A stretch of 64,000 nucleotides of DNA. It comes from Thermodesulfobacteriota bacterium (GTDB lineage Bacteria > Desulfobacterota > RBG-13-43-22). How positions within the stretch are numbered: position 1 is the stretch's first letter; every line of letters begins with the position of its first letter. The position numbers and the translations under genes were made by a program. Positions 1-9,827 of this stretch are shown one piece after another. The stretch covers positions 25,464 to 89,463 of the forward strand of contig JBFMBU010000082.1 in the NCBI GenBank assembly GCA_040755035.1, written 5' to 3'. The notes below the pieces were generated by a model. It worked only from the letters and a program-made list of their open reading frames with translations, was not told the DNA's origin and searched no databases.

Positions 1-22
1 GCAACTTCTTTTGGAAAATAGG

Positions 23-1519
23 TTATTCTTTAAAGGCCTCTTCCCTGGTTTTCCGGAAGGAAGGAAGGAGGACCGCCAGAATGGCCAGAACGGCCAGAGC
101 AAGGAGAGTAGCGCTGATGGGTCTTTGAACGAAAACCCAGGGATTCCCCCGTGAAAGCAGCATAGCCCGGCGCAGGTATTCTTCCATCAGAGGACCAAGG
201 ATAAAGGCCAGCAGCATGGGGGCGGGTTCACAATCCAGTTTGGACAACAGATAACCAAGGACCCCGAACATGGCCATGAGGAAAATATCCACTTCCGAAT
301 TCTTTAAACTGAAGACCCCGATACAGCAGAAAGTCAAGATGGCCGGGTATAGGTATTTATAGGGGACCATAATCATCCGCACCCATATGCCGATAAGCGG
401 CAGGTTAAGGATGACCAGGAAAAAATTCCCGATCCACATGGAAACAATAATTCCCCAAAATAGGGAGGGTTGTTCGGTAATTACAGCCGGACCGGGTTGT
501 ATACCCTGAATAATCATGGCCCCAACCATCAAAGCCATCACCGGATTGGAAGGAATGCCCAGGGTCAACATGGGAATAAAAGAAGTTTGGGCACCGGCAT
601 TATTGGCCGATTCCGGGGCGGCCACCCCTTCAATGGCCCCTTTACCGAACTGGGCCGAGTTCCTGGAGACCTTTTTTTCCAAGGAGTAGGCAGCGAAAGA
701 ACCTAGAATGGACCCGCTTCCCGGCAGGATGCCTACGGCCGAACCAATGACCGTCCCCCGGAGAATCGGGGCCACCATGCGTTTCCAGTCCTCTTTAGTC
801 GGCAGCAGACTGGTGATTTTGGCCATGATCGAGCGGCCTTCTTCCCGCTCCAGATTGCGGGTGATTTCCGCCAGTCCAAACATACCCATAGCCACTACCA
901 CAAAGCCGATCCCATCGGCCAGATAAGGAAAGCCGAAGGTATATCGTTGGGTGCCGGAGGTGACATCGGTTCCCACCATACCCAGGAGCAGCCCTAAAAC
1001 AACCATTCCCAGAGCATGGAGCAAGGATCCCTGGGCTAAGACAGTGGCGGCCACCAACCCCAAAATCATCAATGAAAAATATTCAGCCGGTCCGAACTTC
1101 AAAGCCACCTCCGCTAAGAGAGGGGCGAAAAGGGCTATAAGGAAGGTGGCAAAGGTTCCGGCGAAGAAAGAACCGACGGCTGAGGCTGTGAGGGCAACAC
1201 CGGCTCTCCCCCGGCGGGCCATCTGGTATCCATCCAGGGTAGTCACCACCGAAGCCGCCTCCCCCGGCAGATTGACCAGGATGGAGGTGGTGGATCCTCC
1301 ATATTGGGAACCATAGTAGATCCCGGCCAGCATAATCAGAGCCGAAACAGGCGGAAGGGTGAAAGTGATGGGCAGGAGCATAGCGATGGTTGCTGTGGGG
1401 CCGAGACCGGGCAAAACTCCAATCAAGGTCCCTATAAAAACGCCTGCCAGGCAATAAAGCAAATTGGTCCAGGTAAGGGCTGCTGAAAGTCCGATACTTA
1501 GGTGTTCAAAAAATTCCAT
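23..1519 (-). CDS. tctA: Tripartite tricarboxylate transporter large permease TctA
   Basis: 498-aa polytopic membrane protein. The N-terminal region (GVFIGTLIGVLPGLGPTATIAMLLP) and overall architecture are typical of the TctA family. It lies in an operon with TctB- and TctC-like genes. Confidence 0.85.
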   Translation of the reverse strand: MEFFEHLSIGLSAALTWTNLLYCLAGVFIGTLIGVLPGLGPTATIAMLLPITFTLPPVSALIMLAGIYYGSQYGGSTTSILVNLPGEAASVVTTLDGYQMARRGRAGVALTASAVGSFFAGTFATFLIALFAPLLAEVALKFGPAEYFSLMILGLVAATVLAQGSLLHALGMVVLGLLLGMVGTDVTSGTQRYTFGFPYLADGIGFVVVAMGMFGLAEITRNLEREEGRSIMAKITSLLPTKEDWKRMVAPILRGTVIGSAVGILPGSGSILGSFAAYSLEKKVSRNSAQFGKGAIEGVAAPESANNAGAQTSFIPMLTLGIPSNPVMALMVGAMIIQGIQPGPAVITEQPSLFWGIIVSMWIGNFFLVILNLPLIGIWVRMIMVPYKYLYPAILTFCCIGVFSLKNSEVDIFLMAMFGVLGYLLSKLDCEPAPMLLAFILGPLMEEYLRRAMLLSRGNPWVFVQRPISATLLALAVLAILAVLLPSFRKTREEAFKE

Positions 1520-1549
1520 GGGCGAGAGGTCTCCTTATTACCGTGAAAT

Positions 1550-2002
1550 CTATTGCCCAAACCATGGACCGATTATCGGCAGGGGTATGCCTAACCCCTT
1601 AATAAAAACAAGAATACAAAAAAGAGTCAATCCCAGTGCTAAAATCAAAGCAGGGACCCAACGCATCCCCCTGCCTCCGAGGGCACTAACCAAAACCAGC
1701 AAAGGCAGGGCAACGATGAGGCCGGTTTTTCGAACCAGCAATCCGAATAGGACCGTAGAAATGGCCACCAGGGTCATTCCCCTGATGGTAATGCCTTCTA
1801 TGGCAGTCCCGGATTTTAAAAAGGAACGCACCAGGGATATGATACCGATAAAAAGCAATATCCCTCCAAGAATGGTCGGGAAGTAGGAGGGGCCCATCTT
1901 GACGGCCGTTCCCATAGTATAGTCCCGGCCAATAATTATGGCGCTGGCCCCGAAAAAGATATAAATTAGCCCGGTCCAGAAATCTTTTCCGTTTTTAATC
2001 AT
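1550..2002 (-). CDS. tctB: Tripartite tricarboxylate transporter small subunit TctB
   Basis: 150-aa protein with 4 transmembrane helices, located between tctA and tctC. Size and position fit the TctB family. Confidence 0.7.
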   Translation of the reverse strand: MIKNGKDFWTGLIYIFFGASAIIIGRDYTMGTAVKMGPSYFPTILGGILLFIGIISLVRSFLKSGTAIEGITIRGMTLVAISTVLFGLLVRKTGLIVALPLLVLVSALGGRGMRWVPALILALGLTLFCILVFIKGLGIPLPIIGPWFGQ

Positions 2003-2114
2003 AAAAGCCTTTTCGACGGATAACCTTTTGCCTTTTTAATATCACTTCAGGCATTTAGTTATTACCAGGCTTACGGTTTTTTTGAACCGCAAGCCTGGAT
2101 TAACTCTTTCCGGG

Positions 2115-3083
2115 TTAATCGGCGTATACGCCGGCTTTTTTAAGGATCGGTCCCCATTTGTCGGTTTCAGCTTTTAAATGTTTGCGCAAGGCCTCCGGAT
2201 TGGCCCGATCATCACCAACCGGTTCGGTGCCCAGATCGGCAAAACGTTGTTTGACCATCGGGTCTTTCAAGGCCACCTGCAAGGCTTTGGTCAACTTGTC
2301 GATGATCGGTTTTGGTGTTCCTTTAGGGGCGTAGAGGGCATGCCAAATGGAAACTTCAAAGCCCTTCAGACCGGCTTCATCCATGGTTGGGACATTGGGA
2401 AGAGAAGGCACCCTTTTTTTAGTAGTGACGCCATAGACCTTGATTTTTCCCGCTCGGATCTGACTGGTAGTATTGGTGGTCTGATCACACATAAAATCGA
2501 CCTGCCCGCCGAGCAAGTCATTCATGGCCGGGCCGGTGCCTTTATAGGGGATCGTGGTCAGATCGGTCCCGATAGCCGTCATGAAGAGGGTACCGCATAA
2601 ATGAGAGGCTGCCCCGAGACCGGCATTGGCCAGATTTACTTTATCTTTATTGGTCTTCACGTAGGCAATCAGTTCCTTTAAATTACCGGCGGGAAAATCT
2701 TTTTTGGCCACAAAGGTCATGGGTACTTCATTTACCAGGCCGATGGGTTCAAAATCGTTGATGGGACTATAGGGGAGCTTACGATAAAGGGCCGGGGCCG
2801 TGGCCATGCCGATATGATGTAAAAACAGGGTATATCCATCCGGGGCCGATTTGGCCGCTCGGTTGGCCCCGACCGTTCCACCGGCGCCGTCAACGTTCTC
2901 GACAATGACCTGAGCGTTTAAGGCCTTGGACATGGGTGCGGCAATTAAACGGGTGACCGTGTCCGTAGGACCGCCGGCAGTAAAGGGGACGATGATCGAG
3001 ATCACCTTGGTCGGATAATCTGCCGCTCCTGCATTAGTGAACAATAAAAGGATACACGCCAGGGCTAAAAAGAACTTTTTCAT
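2115..3083 (-). CDS. tctC: Tripartite tricarboxylate transporter substrate-binding protein TctC (Bug family)
   Basis: 322 aa with a signal peptide. Bug/TctC-like sequence throughout (VISIIVPFTAGGPTDTVTRLIA...). Forms an operon with tctBA. Confidence 0.85.
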   Translation of the reverse strand: MKKFFLALACILLLFTNAGAADYPTKVISIIVPFTAGGPTDTVTRLIAAPMSKALNAQVIVENVDGAGGTVGANRAAKSAPDGYTLFLHHIGMATAPALYRKLPYSPINDFEPIGLVNEVPMTFVAKKDFPAGNLKELIAYVKTNKDKVNLANAGLGAASHLCGTLFMTAIGTDLTTIPYKGTGPAMNDLLGGQVDFMCDQTTNTTSQIRAGKIKVYGVTTKKRVPSLPNVPTMDEAGLKGFEVSIWHALYAPKGTPKPIIDKLTKALQVALKDPMVKQRFADLGTEPVGDDRANPEALRKHLKAETDKWGPILKKAGVYAD

Positions 3084-3397
3084 GGTTTAACCTCTCCTTT
3101 TCATCTTTTAATAAAAAAATAAAACCGGTCGTTTTATTTTTTGGGACATTCTAAAATTTACCGGCCTGGAGTGTCAAGGAGAAAAATGAGGGTTTCCTTT
3201 TTTCCCTTGACCGAGCTCGGCGATTTTTCTATACATTTACCTTTCATTCCATTTATAATAAAAATAATAAGTTTCAAAAATTGGTTTTTTGCCGATTAGA
3301 AAGGGTAAAAAACCGCGCCAACCGGTAATAGCGGAAGGGTCAGCCGACCATTTTCCGGTTGAAAACTCTGAAAAAAGAAAAGACAATGAGGTGGAAA

Positions 3398-4369
3398 ATG
3401 ACAAAGGAAAAATTTGGGATAAAGTATGTGGGAATGGTGACCATTCTATTGTTTTTAGTAACCCTGGTTGCCGGTGAGGTCTGGGCCAGGGCCGGAGGAG
3501 GACGGTCCGGCGGCTTCCGGGGCAGTCGCTCCTTTTCGGCGCCAAGAACCCAGTCCCCGGGGACCTCTCCCTTTCAGCGTAGTGTTCAGCCTCCTCCCGG
3601 GAATATGGCCAATCAACCCTATTCCCAACCCGGCGGAAGTCCCTTTCTGAGGGGTCTGGCCGGCGGGTTAGCCGGGGGCTTCCTGGGAAGTCTGCTGTTT
3701 GGCGGTATGGGCCGGGCTTCAGGAGCCGGTTGGGGATCCGGCGGATCGGGAATAGGATTTTTGGAAATTATCCTGATTTTGGCCGTGGTTTTTTTTCTTT
3801 TCCGGTTTATCCGCAACAGAAAAAAAAACTCCCTTAACCAGAACCCGTATTCCGATTATGCACCCCCTCCCTATCAACAAGCAGGGGCTTTTTCCCCCAA
3901 CGTATCCGCAGGGGATCAGGAGGTGGAAACCGGTATAGCCCACATTCAATCAATGGACCAAACCTTCGATTCCACTGCTTTCAAAGATTGGGTACAGGAT
4001 GTCTTTTTCAAGATCCAAGCCGCCTGGGGAAATCAGGATTTAGGGCCGGTCAGTCCCCTTTTAACCACAGAAATGCAGGAGATTTTTTCCAAGGACCTGG
4101 AAGGGCAGAAAGCGGCCAATCGCATCAACCGACTGGAAAATATCGCTGTCCGTTCAGTAGAGATCACCGAAGCCTGGCAGGAAGAGGGTAATGACTTTAT
4201 CACGGTCCTATTTTACGCCAATCTGGTGGACTACACCCTTGATAAAACCAGCGGCGCCGTACTTTCCGGAAGCAAAACCGATCCGGTCAAATTCAGGGAA
4301 TTTTGGACCTTCTTGCGACCTGTCGGCAAAGGCCCCTGGAAATTAAGCGCCATTCAGCAGGAGAACTGA
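3398..4369 (+). CDS. Tim44-like domain membrane protein
   Basis: N-terminal transmembrane segment, a Gly/Ser/Pro low-complexity linker, a second transmembrane segment, then a C-terminal domain resembling the Tim44-like fold. Start chosen at ATG 3398, which is preceded by GAGGTG; the ORF could also start at 3359 or 3386. Confidence 0.55.
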   Translation: MTKEKFGIKYVGMVTILLFLVTLVAGEVWARAGGGRSGGFRGSRSFSAPRTQSPGTSPFQRSVQPPPGNMANQPYSQPGGSPFLRGLAGGLAGGFLGSLLFGGMGRASGAGWGSGGSGIGFLEIILILAVVFFLFRFIRNRKKNSLNQNPYSDYAPPPYQQAGAFSPNVSAGDQEVETGIAHIQSMDQTFDSTAFKDWVQDVFFKIQAAWGNQDLGPVSPLLTTEMQEIFSKDLEGQKAANRINRLENIAVRSVEITEAWQEEGNDFITVLFYANLVDYTLDKTSGAVLSGSKTDPVKFREFWTFLRPVGKGPWKLSAIQQEN

Positions 4370-4498
4370 TCGTTCATATCCCTCCGCTTATTCAATCAAG
4401 TCCGCTCAGGATTGATGGCGGCGATTGGAAAAATAGGAATAAAAAAGGAGGCTCGTCGAACTGCCGGGCCTCCTTTTGAGTAAAGTAAGGGTTAGGGG

Positions 4499-5029
4499 TT
4501 AAAACCGGGGACCGCCTCCTTGGCCGAACCCCCGTCCAGGGCCTTGCCCAAAACCGCCACCTTGTCCGGGACCGGCGCAGGGACCTTGACCCCGCATCTT
4601 ATGCCGGCCCCTTCCGTAACCCATTCCGCCAGCAAAGGTCCCTATCTGGGCCGCCTGTTCCGGAGTCAAAACTTTTCGCACCTCAAGCCGGGCGTCGGTA
4701 GCCTTGGCCTGCATCTTATCCCGCAGGGCGTTTAATTCCTTCTGCTTGACCAGGATCTTATCCCGATCCGGGCTGGGAGAGGTCCAGAGGGTTCGAAGTT
4801 CCAACCTTTTGGTCTGCATTTCATTGCGCAGGGAAACGGTATCCTTCCAGTGTTTTTCCCGGAGGTCCTCCAGTTTGGTTTTCTGGTCCGGGGTCAGGTT
4901 TAAACGGTCCCCCCAGGCCGGACAATTTGTGTTTTTACCCAGACCATACCCCGGTCCGGCCGCAAAGGCTGTTCCGGTCAGGGCTGCTAAGGCCAATCCA
5001 ACAACACAACTTTTTACAATTTTTTTCAT
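4499..5029 (-). CDS. Periplasmic Spy/CpxP-family (LTxxQ) stress protein
   Basis: Signal peptide, LTPDQ/LTPEQ motifs, a coiled helical hairpin, and a Gly-rich C-terminal tail. Confidence 0.65.
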   Translation of the reverse strand: MKKIVKSCVVGLALAALTGTAFAAGPGYGLGKNTNCPAWGDRLNLTPDQKTKLEDLREKHWKDTVSLRNEMQTKRLELRTLWTSPSPDRDKILVKQKELNALRDKMQAKATDARLEVRKVLTPEQAAQIGTFAGGMGYGRGRHKMRGQGPCAGPGQGGGFGQGPGRGFGQGGGPRF

Positions 5030-5250
5030 TTTTTCCTCCTTGGGGAGTATCCCCTATTTTTGTTATCCTGTGGCAATCTTCCGATTCCTTGGTTTCAGAC
5101 CCTATCCGGATCTTGTTTGCTTTGAGGAGTTGTTTTTCTTTTCCTCTTTTTCTTATTCTTTTTTTAATCAAGTTTTATGCCAAATCGGTTTATACTTATA
5201 ATTAATTGTTTTTACTTATAATATTTTATCAAAGGCGTTGCTTCGGCTTG

Positions 5251-5278
5251 AGCGGCTCGACAATATTGTCGAGCCGCT
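5251..5278. promoter_or_regulatory. Perfect 28-bp palindrome agcggctcgacaat|attgtcgagccgct
   Basis: Located in the 400-bp region between the HD-GYP gene 3' end and the Spy-like gene promoter. A second palindrome at 5354-5377 shares the half-site TTGTCGA / TCGACAA. Confidence 0.4.
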
Positions 5279-5431
5279 TTAAAGGTTTAGTAATCTAATA
5301 AGGAAACTTATTAAATATTATTAATGAGTTATACTGAAAGTGTTTGGGGAGATCTTTGTCGATCCAAATCGACAAAGGGGAAGTTGTTAAGACTCCGTAA
5401 GAGATTAAGGAAATAAGAAAAGGCTGATTTT

Positions 5432-6874
5432 TTATTGGGAGGTCAAGGGGAAATTATTATAGGGCGAGATAAATCCCATATTCGGTTGGATAGTCGGGGT
5501 TTCAAAAATGTTGATCTTGGGATTATCGAAGATAAGACTTTTTAGATTATCGACGCACTCCGGGCAAAGCTGGGTCCCTCGAACATCTTCTATGATATTC
5601 ATAGCCTCTTTCTGGTTCATCCCTTTCCGGTAAGGCCGGTCACTGGTTAGCGCATGAAAGGTATCGGCCACTGCCGTCATCCTGGCCCAGAGAAGGATTT
5701 TTTCTCCTTTAAGTCCGTTCGGATACCCTTTGCCGTCAAACCGTTCATGATGATGGAGGATGATGGGAATAAGGGGTTTAATACTGGGAATCGATCCCAA
5801 AATGGAAGCCCCGATAACAGGATGCTCTTTGATAATTGCAAATTCTTTGGCATCGAGAGGACCGGTTTTCAATAAAATGCTGTCCGGGACGCCGATTTTT
5901 CCCAAATCATGCAGCCGGCCGGCAATTCCCAAAGATTCGATTTGCTCATAGTCGGCATTCATGTGAGCCGCCATCCGGGTAACCAAAGCGGCTACAGCCT
6001 CGGAATGGCCTCTGGTGTATTGATCCCGCGCCTCCAGGGCGATGATCAGACTGGTGATACTGGCCAGCATCATTTTTCGCTCGGCATCGAGCCGTTCCCT
6101 TTCCTTGAGCAAAATGAGGAAATGATCGGAGAGCAGTTTTTCAACCGTGATGATGACCTGTTCCAGGTTAAACGGTTTAATGAGATAGGCGGCGGCGCCC
6201 CATTCAAATAAACGCCGCATGACCGCCCGATCACAGTTTGCGCTCATAATCACAAAGGGAATGGAAGCCAAAAGGGGATCGGAATGGATTTTTTTACATA
6301 ATTCCACTCCGTTCATCACCGGCATATCTATATCGCTCAAGATCAGGTCCGGACGCAGGTCCTGAACCCTTAATAAGGCCTGTTTGCCGTTTTCTGCGGT
6401 GATGACCTGGAAGCCTTCCTCGGCCAAGGCTTGGGAGAGGATCTGGCGAATTTTTTCGGAATCATCGACGATCAGGATCAAACGTCCCCGGTGAAAGCGG
6501 GATTTTTCCAGGACCCGTTCGATCGTCTCGTTCAGTTGGCTCTGTGCTTCCGATTTGGAGACATAGGCCGCGGCCCCGACCCGAAAACCCTGTTCGATAT
6601 CCCGGTCGGTTTCCAATGAGCTTAAAATAACCACCGGGGTCCCGCAAGTGGAAGGATTGTTTTTAAGCCTTTCACACAACCCAAAGCCGTCCAGATTGGG
6701 CATTTCCACGTCGGTGATAATCAAATCATATCCACCGGAAAGGGATACCTGGTAGCCGATTTCTCCGTCTTCCGCCTGATCCACAAGGGCCCCGAATTTC
6801 TCCAGTTGTTTTGAAAGCGCCTTCCGGATAATCAAACTGTCATCGACGATAAGAATTTTAGGCTGAATCATCAA
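5432..6874 (-). CDS. Response regulator with two receiver domains and an HD-GYP phosphodiesterase domain
   Basis: Two receiver (REC) domains with the phospho-acceptor Asp context (IITDVEMP and ILSDIDMP). The HD-GYP motifs are present (HD...HHERFDGKGYP). Confidence 0.85.
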   Translation of the reverse strand: MMIQPKILIVDDSLIIRKALSKQLEKFGALVDQAEDGEIGYQVSLSGGYDLIITDVEMPNLDGFGLCERLKNNPSTCGTPVVILSSLETDRDIEQGFRVGAAAYVSKSEAQSQLNETIERVLEKSRFHRGRLILIVDDSEKIRQILSQALAEEGFQVITAENGKQALLRVQDLRPDLILSDIDMPVMNGVELCKKIHSDPLLASIPFVIMSANCDRAVMRRLFEWGAAAYLIKPFNLEQVIITVEKLLSDHFLILLKERERLDAERKMMLASITSLIIALEARDQYTRGHSEAVAALVTRMAAHMNADYEQIESLGIAGRLHDLGKIGVPDSILLKTGPLDAKEFAIIKEHPVIGASILGSIPSIKPLIPIILHHHERFDGKGYPNGLKGEKILLWARMTAVADTFHALTSDRPYRKGMNQKEAMNIIEDVRGTQLCPECVDNLKSLIFDNPKINIFETPTIQPNMGFISPYNNFPLTSQ

Positions 6875-7072
6875 TAATATCCTTGTCTTGACGAGGAAAG
6901 GCCTCTAAGCATCCACCTTTCATGAAATATCTTCGGTATATTCAAGGGGAAACTTTAACAGGTTTTTAGGGACCGACAAGGAACAGAGTGCAAGGGGGGT
7001 TGGAAAAATATTTTTCCGGAGTGAATTCCTGAGGGGGGAAATCCGGGACCATTATGATCTTGAGGGTCTCTA

Positions 7073-8635
7073 TTACAAAATCTCCAAGACTATAATTTCC
7101 CCGGTCATGGGGTGACGCCAGCGCCCAAGCTCCTTCAGGCGGAGATAGTGTTGTACCTGTGAAAAATCAATCCGTTCTGCCGGCCACTGCTTCTCGGTCC
7201 AAACCAGAAAACGGATCTGGTTTTCTATCAAATGCCTTAAAAACTGGTCCAAATTTTCGGAATTGAATTCCCAACAATTGACTTTAACCGGAATGGGGCA
7301 AAAACCGTGAGGGTAGGCGATGTTGGCATAAAATGAAATCCAATGGTGAATATTTTGGGGGGTTGAAATTAAGGCGGCTTCCGTACCCATACGAAGGGCG
7401 GCGATGGATTCGCCGATCTCCTTAAATACCACCTTGTCTTTGTCCCGGGGGAGGAGGTTTTTGGGTAGGGTTAAACTGATTATCAATAGGGCTGAAAGCA
7501 AAAAGGCGAGGATTCTTCTTCCAGTAAATTTCATCTCTAAAAATTTCTGGATACGTTCCAGGCCAAACCCAATAATAATAAAAGAAGGGAGGATCAGGAA
7601 GTACATATGACGGTATTCTATCCACCAGGTGCTGAGGACCTGGACATACAACAGGAGCAGGGAAAGGGCGGAAAGGATCATTAAATATCGTATCGGAAGG
7701 CTCTCCTTTATTTTCCGCCCTATTCCCGGCAGACCCAGGGCAAAGACCAAGGCAAAAATATATAATAAGGATTCCAGAAAACGGTTAAGCAGGGTACCTA
7801 AGGCCACCAGCCAGGCATGGGTCTTGGCCGCCGAAAGAAAAAAACCCATCACCTCTCCCTTATGGCGAAAGGCTTCCGTTTTCAGAGACTGTATCAGGCT
7901 TTGATATTGACCGTGGAAAAATAAAAGACGGTCAACGAATTCGGTAAAACGAAGGTGGGCCTTGAAGGAACTTTTAGGGATGAGATAGCTATAAAAACCG
8001 AAAAAGGCCAGGAATAATAAAATCGGGCCGGCAAAATAGGAGAATTTTTTAACCCGTCCTTCTTGTTGGATCAGAAGCAGATAAAGAAAAGAGATACCAA
8101 AAAAGAGTAATACTTCGGCCCGGGCCCAGGACGCCATCAAAAAAGAAAGGCTGCTGAGGAGCATCAGATAGGAGGGGCCGTTTTCCAAAGCCTTAATAAA
8201 AAAGAATAAGGCCAGGAATAAAAAAAACCAACCTATCGGTTCCCGGACCATATCGACACTGAAACCGACGAAAACCGGAAGCATGGCGAAAATCAGGGTG
8301 CTTAGAAAACCGATCTGTGCATCAAAAAAACGCCGCAGTAACAGGTACAAAGGAATCAAAGCCGCTGTCCCAAAAAGAAAAGATACCAGTCGGGCCGAGA
8401 ATATCCAGTCCTGAAAAATGCCGTAAAGACCGGCAATGAAGACCGGGTAATTCGCCAGAAAGGAATAACCGCAGAACAGTGCTTCCTTATGCCCGAAATA
8501 GAAGGCTTTGGCTTGGAAGATATAGAGGGTCCCGTCCGGGTTGACCACATAGGTGTTGCTCCAGGCTATGAGGCGGACAGTCAGGCCGAGAAGAACAATC
8601 AGAATAAGATAGAGGGGCTGGCTTTTGGTCTTCAT
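7073..8635 (-). CDS. ArnT/PMT-like (GT39/GT83 family) polytopic membrane glycosyltransferase
   Basis: About 520 aa with roughly 12 transmembrane helices and an N-terminal region like the dolichyl/undecaprenyl-phosphate-sugar-dependent 4-amino-arabinose / protein-mannosyl transferases. Start set at ATG 8635, which is preceded by AGGAAAT. The longer ORF start at 8695 would run into a REP-like repeat. Confidence 0.65.
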   Translation of the reverse strand: MKTKSQPLYLILIVLLGLTVRLIAWSNTYVVNPDGTLYIFQAKAFYFGHKEALFCGYSFLANYPVFIAGLYGIFQDWIFSARLVSFLFGTAALIPLYLLLRRFFDAQIGFLSTLIFAMLPVFVGFSVDMVREPIGWFFLFLALFFFIKALENGPSYLMLLSSLSFLMASWARAEVLLFFGISFLYLLLIQQEGRVKKFSYFAGPILLFLAFFGFYSYLIPKSSFKAHLRFTEFVDRLLFFHGQYQSLIQSLKTEAFRHKGEVMGFFLSAAKTHAWLVALGTLLNRFLESLLYIFALVFALGLPGIGRKIKESLPIRYLMILSALSLLLLYVQVLSTWWIEYRHMYFLILPSFIIIGFGLERIQKFLEMKFTGRRILAFLLSALLIISLTLPKNLLPRDKDKVVFKEIGESIAALRMGTEAALISTPQNIHHWISFYANIAYPHGFCPIPVKVNCWEFNSENLDQFLRHLIENQIRFLVWTEKQWPAERIDFSQVQHYLRLKELGRWRHPMTGEIIVLEIL

Positions 8636-8648
8636 GGTTTCATTTCCT

Positions 8649-8707
8649 AACCCGGACCAACCGGAATCCAAATTGGATATCCGAAAATTCCTCATCCGGT
8701 CCGGGTT
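8649..8707. repeat. REP-like about 60-bp palindromic repeat, copy 1 (aacccggacc...ggtccgggtt)
   Basis: One of 6 intergenic copies. Terminal inverted repeat aacccggacc / ggtccgggtt. Internal ttggatatccgaaaattcctcat core. Followed by a tagaatacattct...tagaattctattcttacg module (8719-8763). Confidence 0.8.
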
Positions 8708-8806
8708 TACTTCCGGTTGTAGAATACATTCTTTCCACTTTGCCTAGAATTCTATTCTTACGTTGCTCAATAATGAAAATCACCCTTCATAAAAGCGGAG
8801 GCACGT

Positions 8807-9751
8807 TCAGGGTGCGGGGCATCCCCGAAGGTGCCAGAACAAGATTTTCAGGTAAATGGTCATTTTTTTTCTCAGCCCCGATAGGCAAAAAAAGGAGAAA
8901 AGAACTCCTAACCCGGTCAAAAAAATATTGATCAGCAGCCGGATCAAAACCGCAATCCCCATCAAGGGAAAACTCTTGGGGAACCATTTTTTCAGGTATT
9001 GGTAGCGGGAGCGGTAATAGAGCAGGCGGCTCTGGATCGCCTGGCCGACACTTTGGCCCTGGGCGTGAAAGATTCGGGCACTGGGCACAAAAAAAATCTT
9101 CCATCCCCCTTTACGCATACGCAAGGCCCAGTCCGTTTCCTCAAAAAAGAAAAAAAACCGTTCATCCAGGAGGCCGACAGCGTCCATGGCTTTCTTCCGC
9201 ACCATTATACAGGCGCCGATACAGGACTCCACCTCAAGGGGGGAGTGATAATGGCGTCGTTTGCTTGGATACCTTTTGGGGAACAGGATCCGGAGCAGGG
9301 ATTCATTGCTTAGCAGGGATATAAGCGATGGGAAATTGGCGATGGAATTCTGTTTGGTCCCGTCCAGGTTGAGCAACTGACCGCAACACATAGCCGCTTC
9401 GGGGTTATGTTCCATAAACCGAAACAGTTCCGGCACGGCCCCTGTCGTAAGCACCACATCCGTGTTGACCAGAAGGGCATACCGCCCCTGGATGTATCGG
9501 AAGGCCTGGTTATTGGCGGCCGCGAACCCAAGATTACGATGGTTGTGAATCACATGTATGGCCGGAAATTTTTCCCTGGCGGCCATCACACTGTTGTCGC
9601 TGGAGGCATTATCCACCACCCAGACCTCAAAATGGAGACCGACCATGGCCTCGTAAATCGAGGTCAAACATTTCAGCAGAAGGTCTCGAGTGTTCCAATT
9701 GACCACCACCACGGAAAGGTCCAAGCCGGGTTCTGGAGATGAAACCTGCAT
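8807..9751 (-). CDS. GT2-family glycosyltransferase with C-terminal membrane anchor (polyprenyl-phosphate sugar synthase-like)
   Basis: GT-A fold beginning (VVVVNWNTRDLLLKCL...VDNAS) with a DxD-type region. Two C-terminal transmembrane helices, as in the ArnC/DPM1-like polyprenyl-phosphate sugar synthases. Confidence 0.75.
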   Translation of the reverse strand: MQVSSPEPGLDLSVVVVNWNTRDLLLKCLTSIYEAMVGLHFEVWVVDNASSDNSVMAAREKFPAIHVIHNHRNLGFAAANNQAFRYIQGRYALLVNTDVVLTTGAVPELFRFMEHNPEAAMCCGQLLNLDGTKQNSIANFPSLISLLSNESLLRILFPKRYPSKRRHYHSPLEVESCIGACIMVRKKAMDAVGLLDERFFFFFEETDWALRMRKGGWKIFFVPSARIFHAQGQSVGQAIQSRLLYYRSRYQYLKKWFPKSFPLMGIAVLIRLLINIFLTGLGVLFSFFCLSGLRKKMTIYLKILFWHLRGCPAP

Positions 9752-9827
9752 ACTTACGTCCGGTTCCTTAGGCTTTGTTGATGATCAAAGGCCTTTTTGG
9801 ATATTGACCCGGGAGTCAGGCATCTAT

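Noticed and set aside
5030-5250. Sigma-54 promoter upstream of the Spy-like gene (TTGGCAT-N5-TTGAT)
   Set aside because: The -12 element lacks the conserved GC. Not convincing enough to call, despite the nearby NtrC-type regulator elsewhere in the window.
7073-8695. Long N-terminal extensions of the GT39-like ORF (and likewise of ORFs 11946..12521, 12380..13036 and 25739..27058)
   Set aside because: The extensions run into REP copies or lack ribosome-binding sites. Internal Met codons with good Shine-Dalgarno sequences were chosen instead.
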